A stretch of 64,000 bases of DNA. It comes from Planctomycetota bacterium (GTDB lineage: Bacteria; Planctomycetota; B15-G4; JADJEK01). The position numbers and the translations under genes were made by a program. Of this stretch, positions 1 to 9,649 are shown one piece after another. The notes beneath the pieces are model-generated. The model was not told the origin of the DNA, did not search any database, and was given only the letters and a program-made list of their open reading frames with translations. The DNA lies in the NCBI GenBank assembly GCA_044225365.1, contig JBGAIQ010000001.1:374465-438464 (forward strand). Reading direction: 5' to 3'. The stretch's first letter is position 1, and every line of letters starts with the position of its first letter.

Positions 1-2509
1 TGCGCGCCTGACCGTAGCGTCCGGTTCTACGAATGTCTGCGACGAACGTGGCGGCGAGCGCTTTCAAGCGTCGTTGTCTCGTCGCGATCTCGTCGACGAC
101 GGCGAGCGGGAGCCCAGAAACGAGCGGCGGCACGTCGGGCGTGGCGGCGAGCCAATCGTAGACGTCGAGCGGGTAGGTGCCGAACGACACGAGAGGGGCG
201 TGGAACTCGATCCAGGGATGCTCGTCCGTGTTCAGCGCGTCGGCCCGTCGTTCGAATTCCGCGAGACTCGCATCGGTCACGAAGCAGCATGCGACGAGAT
301 CCTTCGCGTCGCGCACGCCGACGCTCTCCAGCATCTTCTTCAACGTCGGATCGGCCGCGATGCGGGCTTCGATCGCCACGGGATCGAGTTCGATCGGAGC
401 ATCGGAACCGAGCAGCACCATGTCGTAGCCCGTGACCCAGGCGGTGACGTGGGGGAAGACCGAGCGGAAGGTCTTCACGATGCCCGCGATGTCGGAGAGC
501 GCGAGATCGTAGAGCGGGATCCACTGCGACATCATTCCCGCGGGGCGCAGGTGGTCGCGACCGAGTCGGTAGTACTCCTGGGTGTAGAGGTAGGCCGAAC
601 CGGAGACGCAGGGATCGATCGGATCCGCGGAGATGACGTCGAACGTGCGCCCGCATCGCGTGAGATAGCTACGTCCGTCATCGCGCAGGATCGTGACGTC
701 AGGGCGTTCGTGGAGCTGCGCGTTGAACGAGGCGAACTCGCGGGCGGCGTCGATCACCGCGTCGCTGATCTCGACGACCGTTAGTTCGCCGCCGGCGACC
801 GCGAGTGCGCCCGAGGTCATGCCGGTTCCGAGCCCGATGCACAGCAGGTCCTGCGGGTCGCGATGAGTGAGCGTCGAGACGAATCCGAGCAGGAGCTGTA
901 GTCGGCGATCGATGAAGATGGAGGTGGCCACCGCTTTGCCGCTCACCATGAGCGAGAGGATCGGCAACTCTTCGGCCTCGTCGTCGACCTCGTAGACCTT
1001 CGCGGCGGAGGCGGTGGCTTCGCGATAGAACACGGGGCGCAAGCCCTCCGCGGCGCCCGGATCCACACCGGGTTTCAGGAGGGCGCTACCGGGCAGGACG
1101 AAGAGGGCGGCGACGGCGGCGACGAGCCGGCCGCGCGGCGGTTCCTTCGCGCGCTGGGATGAGCGGAACAGGATGGCGCCCGCGAGCGCGCAGACGCCGA
1201 CGAGCAGGAAGAGCGACGTGCGCAGGCCCAACATCGGCAGCAGCACGAAAGCCGCGGCGAGCGATCCCGCGATCGACCCGATCGTGTTCCACAGATAAAG
1301 GCGCCCGAGCGAGCCGCTGAGGTGGCGTCCCTGGCGACAGACGACACGAATCGCGGCGGGCAGGAACGCTCCCGAGAGCGCGGTCGCGAGGAAGAGGCCG
1401 AGGAACGACAGCTTGAACGTGACCTTCAGGTACCGCAGGGGCGTGAAGACGTCGAGATGTTCACCCGGTTCGAGCAGTTCGATGTTCTTCCCGCCGGCGA
1501 GGACGTCGCCGCCGCCGATCTTCCATTCGATGAGCGCGATGCCGAATCCGATCGCGCCGCCGAAGGCGAGTGCGAGGCAGGCGAGGACGGCCCGGGGGGC
1601 CCGCGAGCGTTCCGCGAGCTCGCCGCCGAAAGCGCCGCCGATCGCGATGCCGAGCAAGAAGACGGCGAGCACGGCGCCGAAGACGTAGACGGTTCCGCCG
1701 AGCAGGGAGATGAGGATGCGGTTCGCGAGCACTTGCAACGCGATCGCGGTGAAGCCGATCGCACCGACCGCGAACGCGATGTCGACGAGGTACGGCGACT
1801 CCTCGCCGTTGCGCTTCGCGGGCTTCGTCTCGTCGGGAAGTTCCATCGGCGCGTCGAACGCGGGATTCGACGCGAGGAGGAACGCCGCGATCGCGATGGC
1901 GATATTGAGTCCCGCCGCCAGATGCGTGGCGCCGAGCAGCCCGAGCCGCGGAAGAGCGAAGTAGGAGGCGAGGAGCGCGCCGCCGCAAGCGCCGAGCGTG
2001 TTCACGCCGTAGAGCCAGCCGACGCGAGTCGCGATTCCGGTGGCCTCCTCGGCCGCCTCGCCCTCCCTTCCGCCCTTGGCGATTGCGCGACCGAGCACTG
2101 GGAACGTCGCTCCCATCAGGAACGTCGGGATCGCGAGCACGAGGAACGAGCCTACGAGTGCGAGCAGCGGAAAGCTCGCGGAGCCCACGGTGGGCAGCGC
2201 GCCGCTCTGCGCGAGATGACGCAAACCCCTGAAAAGAAATGGCGACGCATAGCCGAAAAGAGCGATGAGCGCCTCGAGGGCGGCATAGGCCTTGAGCGGT
2301 GGATGGCGTCCGAGGGCAGGCCCGAGGAAGCGCGCGCCGGCGCCGAGGCCGAGCAGGAACGACCCGACGACGGCAGCGATCGCATGGACCGCGACACCGA
2401 AGACGAGTCCGAGGCTGCGAAAGAACACGACTTCGTAGACGAGCGCCGCCGCTCCCGAGACGAAGGCGAGCAGGAGCAGGAGAGACGTGCAGAACCGATT
2501 CATCGCCAT
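1..2509 (-). CDS. Fused membrane (MFS-like)/spermidine synthase-like SAM-dependent transferase, 3'-truncated by the window edge
   Basis: Not in the ORF track because it runs off position 1. Manual translation from ATG 2509 gives MAMNRFCTSLLLLLAFVSGAAALVYEVVFFRSLGLVFG (typical N-terminus), many TM segments, then CIGLGTGMTSG, VEISDAV, DDGRSYL, FDVISADP and YTQEYY motifs. Confidence 0.88.
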   Translation of the reverse strand, partial: MAMNRFCTSLLLLLAFVSGAAALVYEVVFFRSLGLVFGVAVHAIAAVVGSFLLGLGAGARFLGPALGRHPPLKAYAALEALIALFGYASPFLFRGLRHLAQSGALPTVGSASFPLLALVGSFLVLAIPTFLMGATFPVLGRAIAKGGREGEAAEEATGIATRVGWLYGVNTLGACGGALLASYFALPRLGLLGATHLAAGLNIAIAIAAFLLASNPAFDAPMELPDETKPAKRNGEESPYLVDIAFAVGAIGFTAIALQVLANRILISLLGGTVYVFGAVLAVFLLGIAIGGAFGGELAERSRAPRAVLACLALAFGGAIGFGIALIEWKIGGGDVLAGGKNIELLEPGEHLDVFTPLRYLKVTFKLSFLGLFLATALSGAFLPAAIRVVCRQGRHLSGSLGRLYLWNTIGSIAGSLAAAFVLLPMLGLRTSLFLLVGVCALAGAILFRSSQRAKEPPRGRLVAAVAALFVLPGSALLKPGVDPGAAEGLRPVFYREATASAAKVYEVDDEAEELPILSLMVSGKAVATSIFIDRRLQLLLGFVSTLTHRDPQDLLCIGLGTGMTSGALAVAGGELTVVEISDAVIDAAREFASFNAQLHERPDVTILRDDGRSYLTRCGRTFDVISADPIDPCVSGSAYLYTQEYYRLGRDHLRPAGMMSQWIPLYDLALSDIAGIVKTFRSVFPHVTAWVTGYDMVLLGSDAPIELDPVAIEARIAADPTLKKMLESVGVRDAKDLVACCFVTDASLAEFERRADALNTDEHPWIEFHAPLVSFGTYPLDVYDWLAATPDVPPLVSGLPLAVVDEIATRQRRLKALAATFVADIRRTGRYGQAR

Positions 2510-2539
2510 CGCAATCGGAGTGAGGGCCGTTCGTCCACG

Positions 2540-2565
2540 CGAAGGCCGTCGCGCGACGGCCTTCG
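2540..2565. repeat. Perfect 26-bp palindrome in a divergent intergenic region
   Basis: CGAAGGCCGTCGC|GCGACGGCCTTCG is its own reverse complement. Confidence 0.75.
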
Positions 2566-2746
2566 TCTCACCTGTTCGCGGGACGTGCGGGGCGTGCGCT
2601 CGGCCAGGGGAGGAAGCGAGGGAGCATAACAGCCCGTTGCAGAACTCGGCCGGCATTCGCGGAGCTGCGAGGTGCGGGGCGAATTCGACCGTGTTCCGTG
2701 AGCGAGCCGGTAGAGTCGGGGACCACGAACGAACGTGTGCCGTCCG

Positions 2747-4318
2747 ATGACCACCGCCACCGCGAGACAAGACGAGGACCTGGCCAAGAGTCCGCCGAAG
2801 GAGAGCGTCCAGCCGGTCGAACCCGCGCTCGTGCGCTGGCTCCGCCATTCGTTCGGCGCGATCGCAACGGGGACGCAGGTGGCGATCGACGTCGCCGCGA
2901 TCCTCTCCGCGTGCGCGACGGCGTACGTGCTCTGGTCGCGCGTCCAGCCTCTGCGCCATCTCGTCCCGTTCTCCGAGTACGGGCCGCTGTTCGCGATCGT
3001 CGTGATCGTCGAGATCGCGCTCTTTTTCTGGCTCGGCATGTATCGCATGCAGAAGAGCATCCTCAACATCGAGGACTTCCGCGGCGCCTTGAAGGCCGTG
3101 ATCTTCGGCTTCCTCATCGTGAGCTTCTTGCACTTCTCGTTGCAGGAGTCGGTCATCTATCCGCGCGCGACCGAGAGCGAATCGGGGCTCTATCGTCTCG
3201 TCGCGCAGGCCCATCACGCGATCGCCTTCCTGCCGGTCAACACGTACTCGCGGTACGTAATGGCGCTCGCGTTCCTGTTCGTCTTCTTCTTCGTCGCGAT
3301 CGAGCGCTGGATCTGCTTCAAGGCGGTGCAGTACCTGCATCTGCGAGGGATCGGCACGAGCAACCTCCTGATCCTCGGCGCCGGCCCGCTCGGCCGCGCC
3401 CTTCAGAAGCGGCTCTTCATCTCGCCGCGGCTCGGCTACAACCTTGTCGGTTTCCTCGACGAGGATCCTTCGCGCGTCGGCCAGAGGATGATGAAGTCGC
3501 GCGTGCTCGGCACTTTTCACGACTTCGATCGGATCGTCACGGCCTACAAGGTCGGGATGGTGCTGATGGCGGATTCGGATTCCGGCTACGCGGATCCGCG
3601 ACGGCGCGAGGCCGCCGAGCGCTGCCAACGCATGGGGATCGAGATCGCGTTCGTTCCGCCCCTCGTCGTCTCGCCGAATCTGCCGCCGTTGAAGTTGTCG
3701 CGGCTCGATACACAGCCGCTCCTCATGTTCGCGCGGGCGCGGTCCCGGCCGCTCTACAACTTCTATCAGCGAGCCTTCGATCTCGGCGTCGCCTCCCTGG
3801 CGATCCTGATCTTCTTGCCCTTCTTCCTGTTCTTCCCGTTCCTCATCAAGATGACCTCGAAGGGTCCCGCGTTCTTCCGGCAGACGCGGATCGGGAAGAA
3901 CGGACGATCGTTCGAGATGCTGAAGTTCCGCACGATGCACGTCGACGCGCCCAAGTACTCGGTGAGCCCGCGCACGAGCGACGACCCGCGGCTCACGCGC
4001 GTCGGTCGTTTCCTCCGTCGCACATCGGTCGACGAACTGCCGCAGCTCATCAATGTTCTGCGCGGCGAGATGAGCATCGTCGGGCCGCGACCCGAGATGC
4101 CGTTCATCGTCGAGCACTACGACTCGCTGGTACGCCAGCGATTGAACGTGAAGCCGGGCATGACGGGCTTGTGGCAGATCTCGCACGCGCGCGAGGAGGA
4201 CATCCACGAGAACGTGGACTTCGATCTCTACTACGTCGAGAACGCCTCGATCACGATGGATCTCGTCATCGTCATCCTCACGGTGTTCTCCGTGATCCGC
4301 GGAGTGGGCGCGTACTGA
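2747..4318 (+). CDS. Polyprenyl-phosphate glycosylphosphotransferase (WcaJ/WbaP-like sugar transferase)
   Basis: N-terminal TM helices, Rossmann-like LILGAG, C-terminal bacterial sugar transferase motifs KFRTM, DELPQLINVLRGEMSIVGPRPE, KPGMTGLWQI, DLYY. Confidence 0.93.
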   Translation: MTTATARQDEDLAKSPPKESVQPVEPALVRWLRHSFGAIATGTQVAIDVAAILSACATAYVLWSRVQPLRHLVPFSEYGPLFAIVVIVEIALFFWLGMYRMQKSILNIEDFRGALKAVIFGFLIVSFLHFSLQESVIYPRATESESGLYRLVAQAHHAIAFLPVNTYSRYVMALAFLFVFFFVAIERWICFKAVQYLHLRGIGTSNLLILGAGPLGRALQKRLFISPRLGYNLVGFLDEDPSRVGQRMMKSRVLGTFHDFDRIVTAYKVGMVLMADSDSGYADPRRREAAERCQRMGIEIAFVPPLVVSPNLPPLKLSRLDTQPLLMFARARSRPLYNFYQRAFDLGVASLAILIFLPFFLFFPFLIKMTSKGPAFFRQTRIGKNGRSFEMLKFRTMHVDAPKYSVSPRTSDDPRLTRVGRFLRRTSVDELPQLINVLRGEMSIVGPRPEMPFIVEHYDSLVRQRLNVKPGMTGLWQISHAREEDIHENVDFDLYYVENASITMDLVIVILTVFSVIRGVGAY

Positions 4319-5505
4319 TGACGGGCGAACGGCCGATCCGCGTCGCGGAGGTGATGGAATGCACGATCGGCGGGACGCGCCGCCACATCGGCGAGTTGAC
4401 GACGGGGCTCGCGCGCCGCGGCTTCGACGTCACGTTGTTCGCCTCGGCCGAGCGTGACAAGACGTTCCAGGACGATCTCGAGCGCATCGCGGCAGCGGGC
4501 GTGAAGGTGACGACACTGCCGATGAGACGCGAGATCTCGCCACTTCGCGACGCGTGGCATCAGCTCCGCTTGATCGCAGCGTTCCTTCGCGGCGGTTTCG
4601 ACGTCGTCCATACGCACTCGAGCAAGGCCGGTGCACTCGGGCGGGTTGCCGCGCGGATCGCGGCGCGCCGCGCCGCCATCGTCCACACCCCGCATACCTT
4701 CGCGTTCAACTTCGCGGAACAGTTCAGTGCGCGGAAGCGCAAGATGTTCCTCGGGGTCGAGCGATTCCTCGGGCGCGTGACGGATCGCATGATCCACGTG
4801 TCGCGGAGCGAGCGGCTGGAGGGGATCGGCCTCGGCATCATCGCCGAGGAACGGGCGATCGTGGTCGAGAATGGCGTCGATCCGCGGCCCTACGAAGAAG
4901 CGGCGCTCCACCGCGCTGTCGTGCGGAAGGAACTGTCGATCGCCGAGGACGCGCTGCTCGTCGGTGCGGTCGGATTGCTCAACGAGGCGAAGGGTCACGA
5001 CTATCTGGTCGCCGCAATGGAGCGGGTGCGAGCCGTACTGCCGCACGCGCAATGCGTCATCGTGGGCGAGGGCGCGCTGCGTCCTTCGCTCGAGGACAAG
5101 ATCGCCCGCATGTCGCCGCCGGGCGGCGTGCGGCTCCTCGGCTATCGGCGCGACGTTCCGCGTGTCCTCGCCGCGCTCGACGTCTTCGCGATGCCATCGC
5201 TCTGGGAAGGAATGCCGTACGGCGTCCTCGAAGCGATGGCGAGCGGATTGCCGGTGATCGCGAGCGATGTCAACGGCTGTCGGGATCTCGTCGCGGACGA
5301 AGTCACGGGACTCTTGATCCCGGCGCGCGATTCCATGGCGCTCGCGAACGGGCTCCTGCGACTGCTCCGCGATGAACCCCTTCGTGCGCGGCTCGGCGCT
5401 GCCGGTAGGAAACTCGTGGCGACGCGCTACTCTCTCGAGACGATGATCGATCACTACGCCGAACTCTTCCGCTCGCTCTGCCGCCGCACGGGGACGACCT
5501 CGTGA
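4318..5505 (+). CDS. Glycosyltransferase family 4
   Basis: Real start is ATG 4318 overlapping the upstream TGA (track ORF 2698..5505 is over-extended). Motifs VHTHSSKAG, HTPH, ENGVD, KGHD, PSLWEGMPYGVLEAMASGLPVIASDV. Confidence 0.93.
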   Translation: MTGERPIRVAEVMECTIGGTRRHIGELTTGLARRGFDVTLFASAERDKTFQDDLERIAAAGVKVTTLPMRREISPLRDAWHQLRLIAAFLRGGFDVVHTHSSKAGALGRVAARIAARRAAIVHTPHTFAFNFAEQFSARKRKMFLGVERFLGRVTDRMIHVSRSERLEGIGLGIIAEERAIVVENGVDPRPYEEAALHRAVVRKELSIAEDALLVGAVGLLNEAKGHDYLVAAMERVRAVLPHAQCVIVGEGALRPSLEDKIARMSPPGGVRLLGYRRDVPRVLAALDVFAMPSLWEGMPYGVLEAMASGLPVIASDVNGCRDLVADEVTGLLIPARDSMALANGLLRLLRDEPLRARLGAAGRKLVATRYSLETMIDHYAELFRSLCRRTGTTS

Positions 5506-6632
5506 TGGCGCTGCCGAACACCGCTCCAAGGCGCATCCTCTACATCATCACCACGCTCGATGTCGGCGGCGCCGAGAAGCATCTGCTGTGGCTCGCACAG
5601 GGAATGATCGAGCGCGGCGCGCGATGCGACGTGCTGTATCTCAAGGGCGAAGGACGGCTCGTTCCGAGATTCAAGGAGTTGGGCTGTGAGGTCGCGAAGG
5701 TCGAGTTCGAGCGGCCGACGCAGGCCTTCTCGGCGGTGCTCGCGCTCGCGTCGCGCATGAAGCGCGGCGACTACGACGTCGTCCACTCGCACCTCTTGAA
5801 GGCCGATGCGCTCACCGCGCTCGCGGCGCGACTCTTCCGTCCGAAGCGCCTCATCGCCTCGAAGCACAACGAGGAGCAGGTGCTGAAGAAACGGCCCGTC
5901 GCGATCGTGCATCGCGTCCTGACGCGCGTCGTCGATCGGGTCATTGCGCTCTCCGACTACGTCGCGCGCTACGTGGCGACGACCGGTCGGATCGACGAAT
6001 CGAAGATCACGCGCGTGTACTACGGCATCGATCCGAAGCGATTCGCGAATGGGGACCGCGTGCGAGCCCGGGCGGCGCTCGGGCTCTCCGACGCCGTCCA
6101 CGTCGGTCTCTGCGTCGCGCGTTTCCATCCTCAGAAGGACCACGCCACGCTGTTCCGCGCCGTCGATCGGCTGCGCAAGGCGAATCGAAACGTCGTTCTG
6201 CTGCTCGCCGGCGGCGACCCGTTCTACGGCTTCAAGGAACAGCTCGAGAAGCTGTGCGAGTCGATGGGTCTCACTCAGCACGTGCGGTTCCTCGGGATCC
6301 GCGACGACGTCCCCGAGCTGCTCGCGGCCTGCGATGTCTTCGTCCTGCCTTCGATCTACGAGGGACTCGGATTGGTGTACCTCGAGGCGATGGCGGCGTC
6401 GCGGCCCGTGCTCGCGACGAACGGGACGGCGATCCCCGAAGTCGTCGTCTCCGGCGAGACGGGCGAATTGATCACGATCGGCGACGACGCCGCGCTCGCG
6501 ACGGCGTGGGAGAAGCTCGTCCTCGATCGGTCGCTCGGCGAACGCTACGGAAAGGCCGGAAGCCAACGGGTGGATCGCATGTTCACCTTGCCGCGCATGA
6601 TCGACGAGACGCTCGCCGTCTACCGCGGCTGA
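5505..6632 (+). CDS. Glycosyltransferase family 4
   Basis: GGAEKHL, VVHSHL, KDH, PSIYEGLGLVYLEAMAASRPVLAT; start overlaps the upstream stop. Confidence 0.93.
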   Translation: MALPNTAPRRILYIITTLDVGGAEKHLLWLAQGMIERGARCDVLYLKGEGRLVPRFKELGCEVAKVEFERPTQAFSAVLALASRMKRGDYDVVHSHLLKADALTALAARLFRPKRLIASKHNEEQVLKKRPVAIVHRVLTRVVDRVIALSDYVARYVATTGRIDESKITRVYYGIDPKRFANGDRVRARAALGLSDAVHVGLCVARFHPQKDHATLFRAVDRLRKANRNVVLLLAGGDPFYGFKEQLEKLCESMGLTQHVRFLGIRDDVPELLAACDVFVLPSIYEGLGLVYLEAMAASRPVLATNGTAIPEVVVSGETGELITIGDDAALATAWEKLVLDRSLGERYGKAGSQRVDRMFTLPRMIDETLAVYRG

Positions 6633-6820
6633 GCGACCATGCCTTCGAGTGCGGACGGGCCGGTGTGCCGATTCGGCGCAGCACGAGTTCGAAAATGCCG
6701 GCCTGGGCGCGGCACGTCCTATGCTCGCGGGGGAACTGCTCGAGTGCCGATCCTCGATTCGACGAGGACTCGATCCCGCGCTCGGCGTCGCCATCCGAAT
6801 TGGAGATACCAAGGAACACC

Positions 6821-8641
6821 ATGATCCTGCCTCGCAAGTCTCTCCTCCTCGCTCTCTCGATCCTTCCTGGCATCTACGGGTTCACGGCCGCGCTCGGCGC
6901 GGAGGACACCACGAAGACGCCCGTGAACGCTCCACATCAGATCGTCGAGGTCAAGCTGAAGGGGACCTTCAGCGAGGATCCGAAGGCCGCGAATCCGTTC
7001 GGCCCGCAGGCGAAGAACTTCCGGGGGTTGCTGGACGAGTTGCGCGCCATCGCGAAGGATCCGAGCGTGGTGGGTGTGAAGCTCATCGTCGAGGACGTGC
7101 CGGATTTCGCGCGCTCCCTCGATCTCCTGGATCAACTCCGGGCAGTAAAGGCCGCGGGCAAGAAGATCGTGTCGTACGCCGAGGGACTCTCGCAGCGCAG
7201 TCTCATGTTCGCATCGGTCGCCGATGAGCTGTGGTTGCCGCCTTCGGGTCAGATCACGCTCGAAGGCCTCGCGATCCAGCCGATGTACCTCAAGAACCTG
7301 CTCGCGATGCTCGACGTGGAGATGAAGATCGTCCACATCGGGGAGTACAAGACCGCGTACGAGGACTATGCGCGCGATTCGATGAGTCCGCAGCAGCGCG
7401 AGGTGATCGAGCACCTCTTGAACGAGTACTGGTCGGAGATGCTCGATGCGATCGCGCACAATCGCGGCATCGGCCGTGAAGTCGTGGAGAAAGCCTTCGA
7501 CTCGATCTTCGTGACGGCGGGCGAGGCGCAGAAGATGGGCCTCGTGACGAACGTCGGCTACGAGGACGAATTCGACGCACGATGCACCGCGATGTTCTCC
7601 GGCGCGACGACCTCGAAGCACTACGGCGAATCCGACTCGAAGGCGGAACTGGACAGGGCGCTCGAGAATCCGATCGCGGCGTTCGCGCTCCTGCCGAAGC
7701 TGCTCAATCCGCCGAAGGTCGAGCTGAAGGCGGAGCCCCGCATCGCGATCGTCTACGCCTCGGGCGCGATCCAGTCGGGCAAGAGCGCGGCCGGGCTCAA
7801 CGGCGAAGTGACCTCGATGGGCAGCGAGACGATCGTGGAAGCGCTCGAAGCGGCGCTGAACGACGATTGGGTGAAGGCCGTCGTCCTGCGGATCAACAGT
7901 CCGGGCGGCAGCGCACTTGCTTCCGACATGATCTGGCGCGCGACCCAGCGCGTGAAGGCGAAGAAGCCGATCATCGCATCGATGGGTGGTGTGGCCGGCT
8001 CTGGCGGATACTGGATCGCGATGGGTTGCGACAAGATCATCGCGCAGCCTTCGACGATCACGGGCTCGATCGGTGTCGTCGGCATGTTGCCCGACGTCTC
8101 GAAGGCGCTGAAGCGATTCGGCGTCAACGTCGAGAGCGTCGGCAAGGGGCCGCACGTCGAGGATCTCGCGCTGATGAAGAACGGGCCGACCGAAGCGCTC
8201 CAGCAGCGGTTGCGCGAATCGATGGAAGGTGTCTACGGCGAGTTCATCAAGAAGGTGAGCTCGGGTCGTGGGCTGCCGCAGAAGAACGTCGAGGCGTTCG
8301 CGAAGGGCCGCGTGTGGACGGGCCGCGAGGCGCTCGACATCGGTCTCGTCGATCAACTCGGCGGACTCGATGACGCGATCGCGATGGCCTGCAAGGCTGC
8401 GAACGGGCTCGATCCGAAGACGACGCCGATCGTGGAGTTGCCCGCTGCGAAGAACTTCGGCGACACGATCCAGGACCTGATGGACCAGTACGCAACGGTA
8501 CGGTCGCCCGTCGCGCTCATGCTCGAGCAGCTCGGACTGTCGACGGTCGCGCAGCAGATCGATGTCCTCGCTCACAACCTGCAGCCCGGTGGCGCCGACG
8601 CGATCCAGGCGGTGATGCCGCTCTTCGTGACGGCGCGCTGA
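6821..8641 (+). CDS. sppA: Signal peptide peptidase SppA (peptidase S49, long form)
   Basis: ATG 6821 after AAGGAA; N-terminal signal/anchor; GEYKTAYE, LRINSPGGSALASD, SMGGVAGSGGYW, TITGSIGV, GRVWTG, GLVDQLGGL. Confidence 0.93.
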   Translation: MILPRKSLLLALSILPGIYGFTAALGAEDTTKTPVNAPHQIVEVKLKGTFSEDPKAANPFGPQAKNFRGLLDELRAIAKDPSVVGVKLIVEDVPDFARSLDLLDQLRAVKAAGKKIVSYAEGLSQRSLMFASVADELWLPPSGQITLEGLAIQPMYLKNLLAMLDVEMKIVHIGEYKTAYEDYARDSMSPQQREVIEHLLNEYWSEMLDAIAHNRGIGREVVEKAFDSIFVTAGEAQKMGLVTNVGYEDEFDARCTAMFSGATTSKHYGESDSKAELDRALENPIAAFALLPKLLNPPKVELKAEPRIAIVYASGAIQSGKSAAGLNGEVTSMGSETIVEALEAALNDDWVKAVVLRINSPGGSALASDMIWRATQRVKAKKPIIASMGGVAGSGGYWIAMGCDKIIAQPSTITGSIGVVGMLPDVSKALKRFGVNVESVGKGPHVEDLALMKNGPTEALQQRLRESMEGVYGEFIKKVSSGRGLPQKNVEAFAKGRVWTGREALDIGLVDQLGGLDDAIAMACKAANGLDPKTTPIVELPAAKNFGDTIQDLMDQYATVRSPVALMLEQLGLSTVAQQIDVLAHNLQPGGADAIQAVMPLFVTAR

Positions 8642-8671
8642 TCCGCGCGAGGCATCGAGATTCACGACGCA

Positions 8672-8713
8672 GAATTGGAATAGGGACCGTCCTGTCGGTC
8701 CCTATTTCCATTC
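8672..8713. terminator. Hairpin between convergent sppA and fur-family genes (putative bidirectional terminator)
   Basis: GGAATAGGGACCG-tcctgt-CGGTCCCTATTTCC imperfect inverted repeat. Confidence 0.55.
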
Positions 8714-8748
8714 TCGGAATTCGTGTCGGGCGTGGCCCCGCACCGAGT

Positions 8749-9204
8749 TCAGAGGTCGCACGTCGGGGCGACGACGTCGCGGCAATCGGGGCAAGCGCCG
8801 ATGCAGGTGACGAAGACGTGGCCCACGACGAATTCGGGAGGCGTCACGGGATCGAGACCATCGAGCGTCGAGTCGACGAAGTCGCTGATCCGCGCGCAAT
8901 GCTGACAGATGAAGTGGTGGTGCGGATCGAGCCGCGCGTCGTAGCGAACGCCGACGCCGAAATGTCCGACCCGGCGCGCGAGGCCGATCTCGGCGAGCGT
9001 CTCGAGGCTGCGGAACACGGTTGCGCGTGACAATCCCGGAGCGAGTGCGATCACTCGCTCGAAGACCTGGTCGGCAGTCGGATGATCGCTCGCACCCCAC
9101 AGCGTCTGCAATACCGCTTGGCGTTGCAAAGTGAACGAACGATTCGCGCGCTTGCACACCTCTTGGGCGTGACTCCGCGCTTCGGTCCAAGTGTGATTAC
9201 TCAT
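8749..9204 (-). CDS. Fur-family transcriptional regulator (PerR-like)
   Basis: TLQRQAVL, DHPTADQVF, LSRATVFRSLETL, RYDARLDPHHHFICQHC and C-terminal CPDC (two CxxC). Start taken at ATG 9204; the ORF extends to 9267. Confidence 0.92.
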   Translation of the reverse strand: MSNHTWTEARSHAQEVCKRANRSFTLQRQAVLQTLWGASDHPTADQVFERVIALAPGLSRATVFRSLETLAEIGLARRVGHFGVGVRYDARLDPHHHFICQHCARISDFVDSTLDGLDPVTPPEFVVGHVFVTCIGACPDCRDVVAPTCDL

Positions 9205-9426
9205 GCGCAGATTCGCAGACTCTGGGGCGAGAGCCGGGATCTTCCGGACGCGACCCGATTCATCCATAGGTCGTTATGTCGTTCGAATTGCGACCACCCG
9301 TTCGGGTGATGGCGCGAACGGGATTCCATCTTAACTCGAATCCGCGGAGAATCGCGCACCCATCGTCGAGTGCTTCGCGGAGTGCTTTACGAACCCGGTC
9401 ATGCATGTCGCAGGGGCAGAACGCAG

Positions 9427-9483
9427 CGCAATCGCATCGCAGGTGAGAGCAAATCTTGAATGCGATTAGATCGCATATATGAT
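9427..9483 (+). promoter_or_regulatory. Three tandem Fur-box-like 15-mers overlapping a sigma70-like promoter
   Basis: CGCAATCGCATCGCA (9427-9441), TGAGAGCAAATCTTG (9444-9458) and TGCGATTAGATCGCA (9461-9475) at a 17-bp period; TTGAAT (9456-9461)-N16-TATGAT (9478-9483). AT-rich patch upstream of the fur-family gene. Confidence 0.55.
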
Positions 9484-9489
9484 CTTGCG

Positions 9490-9618
9490 CCCAAGGGGAA
9501 GCTGCCGACGCGCGAGCGATCGGCGCCCCTGACGAATCGAACGAGGGAGTCATCCCCCTCGCGGTGCGCTCTCGTTGGGTTCGGAGGCGACTCCGGTTCG
9601 GCGAGGGCGCGCCTTTTC
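9490..9618 (+). ncRNA. Candidate small RNA (three hairpins, last one terminator-like)
   Basis: Hairpin 1 AGGGG..GCCGA-CGC-GCGA-GCG-AUCGGC..CCCCU; hairpin 2 CGAGGG-AGUCAUCC-CCCUCG; hairpin 3 GGUGCGCUCUCGUUG..CGGAG-GCGA-CUCCG..CGGCGAGGGCGCGCC followed by UUUU. GNRA loops and G-U pairs favour the + strand. Confidence 0.5.
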
Positions 9619-9649
9619 GTTCGATCGAGGACTCGAGGATCGCGCGCGA

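Noticed and set aside
2698-4317. N-terminal 540 aa of the 935-aa track ORF 2698..5505
   Set aside because: Arg-rich off-frame reading of the sugar transferase gene; the real GT4 starts at ATG 4318.
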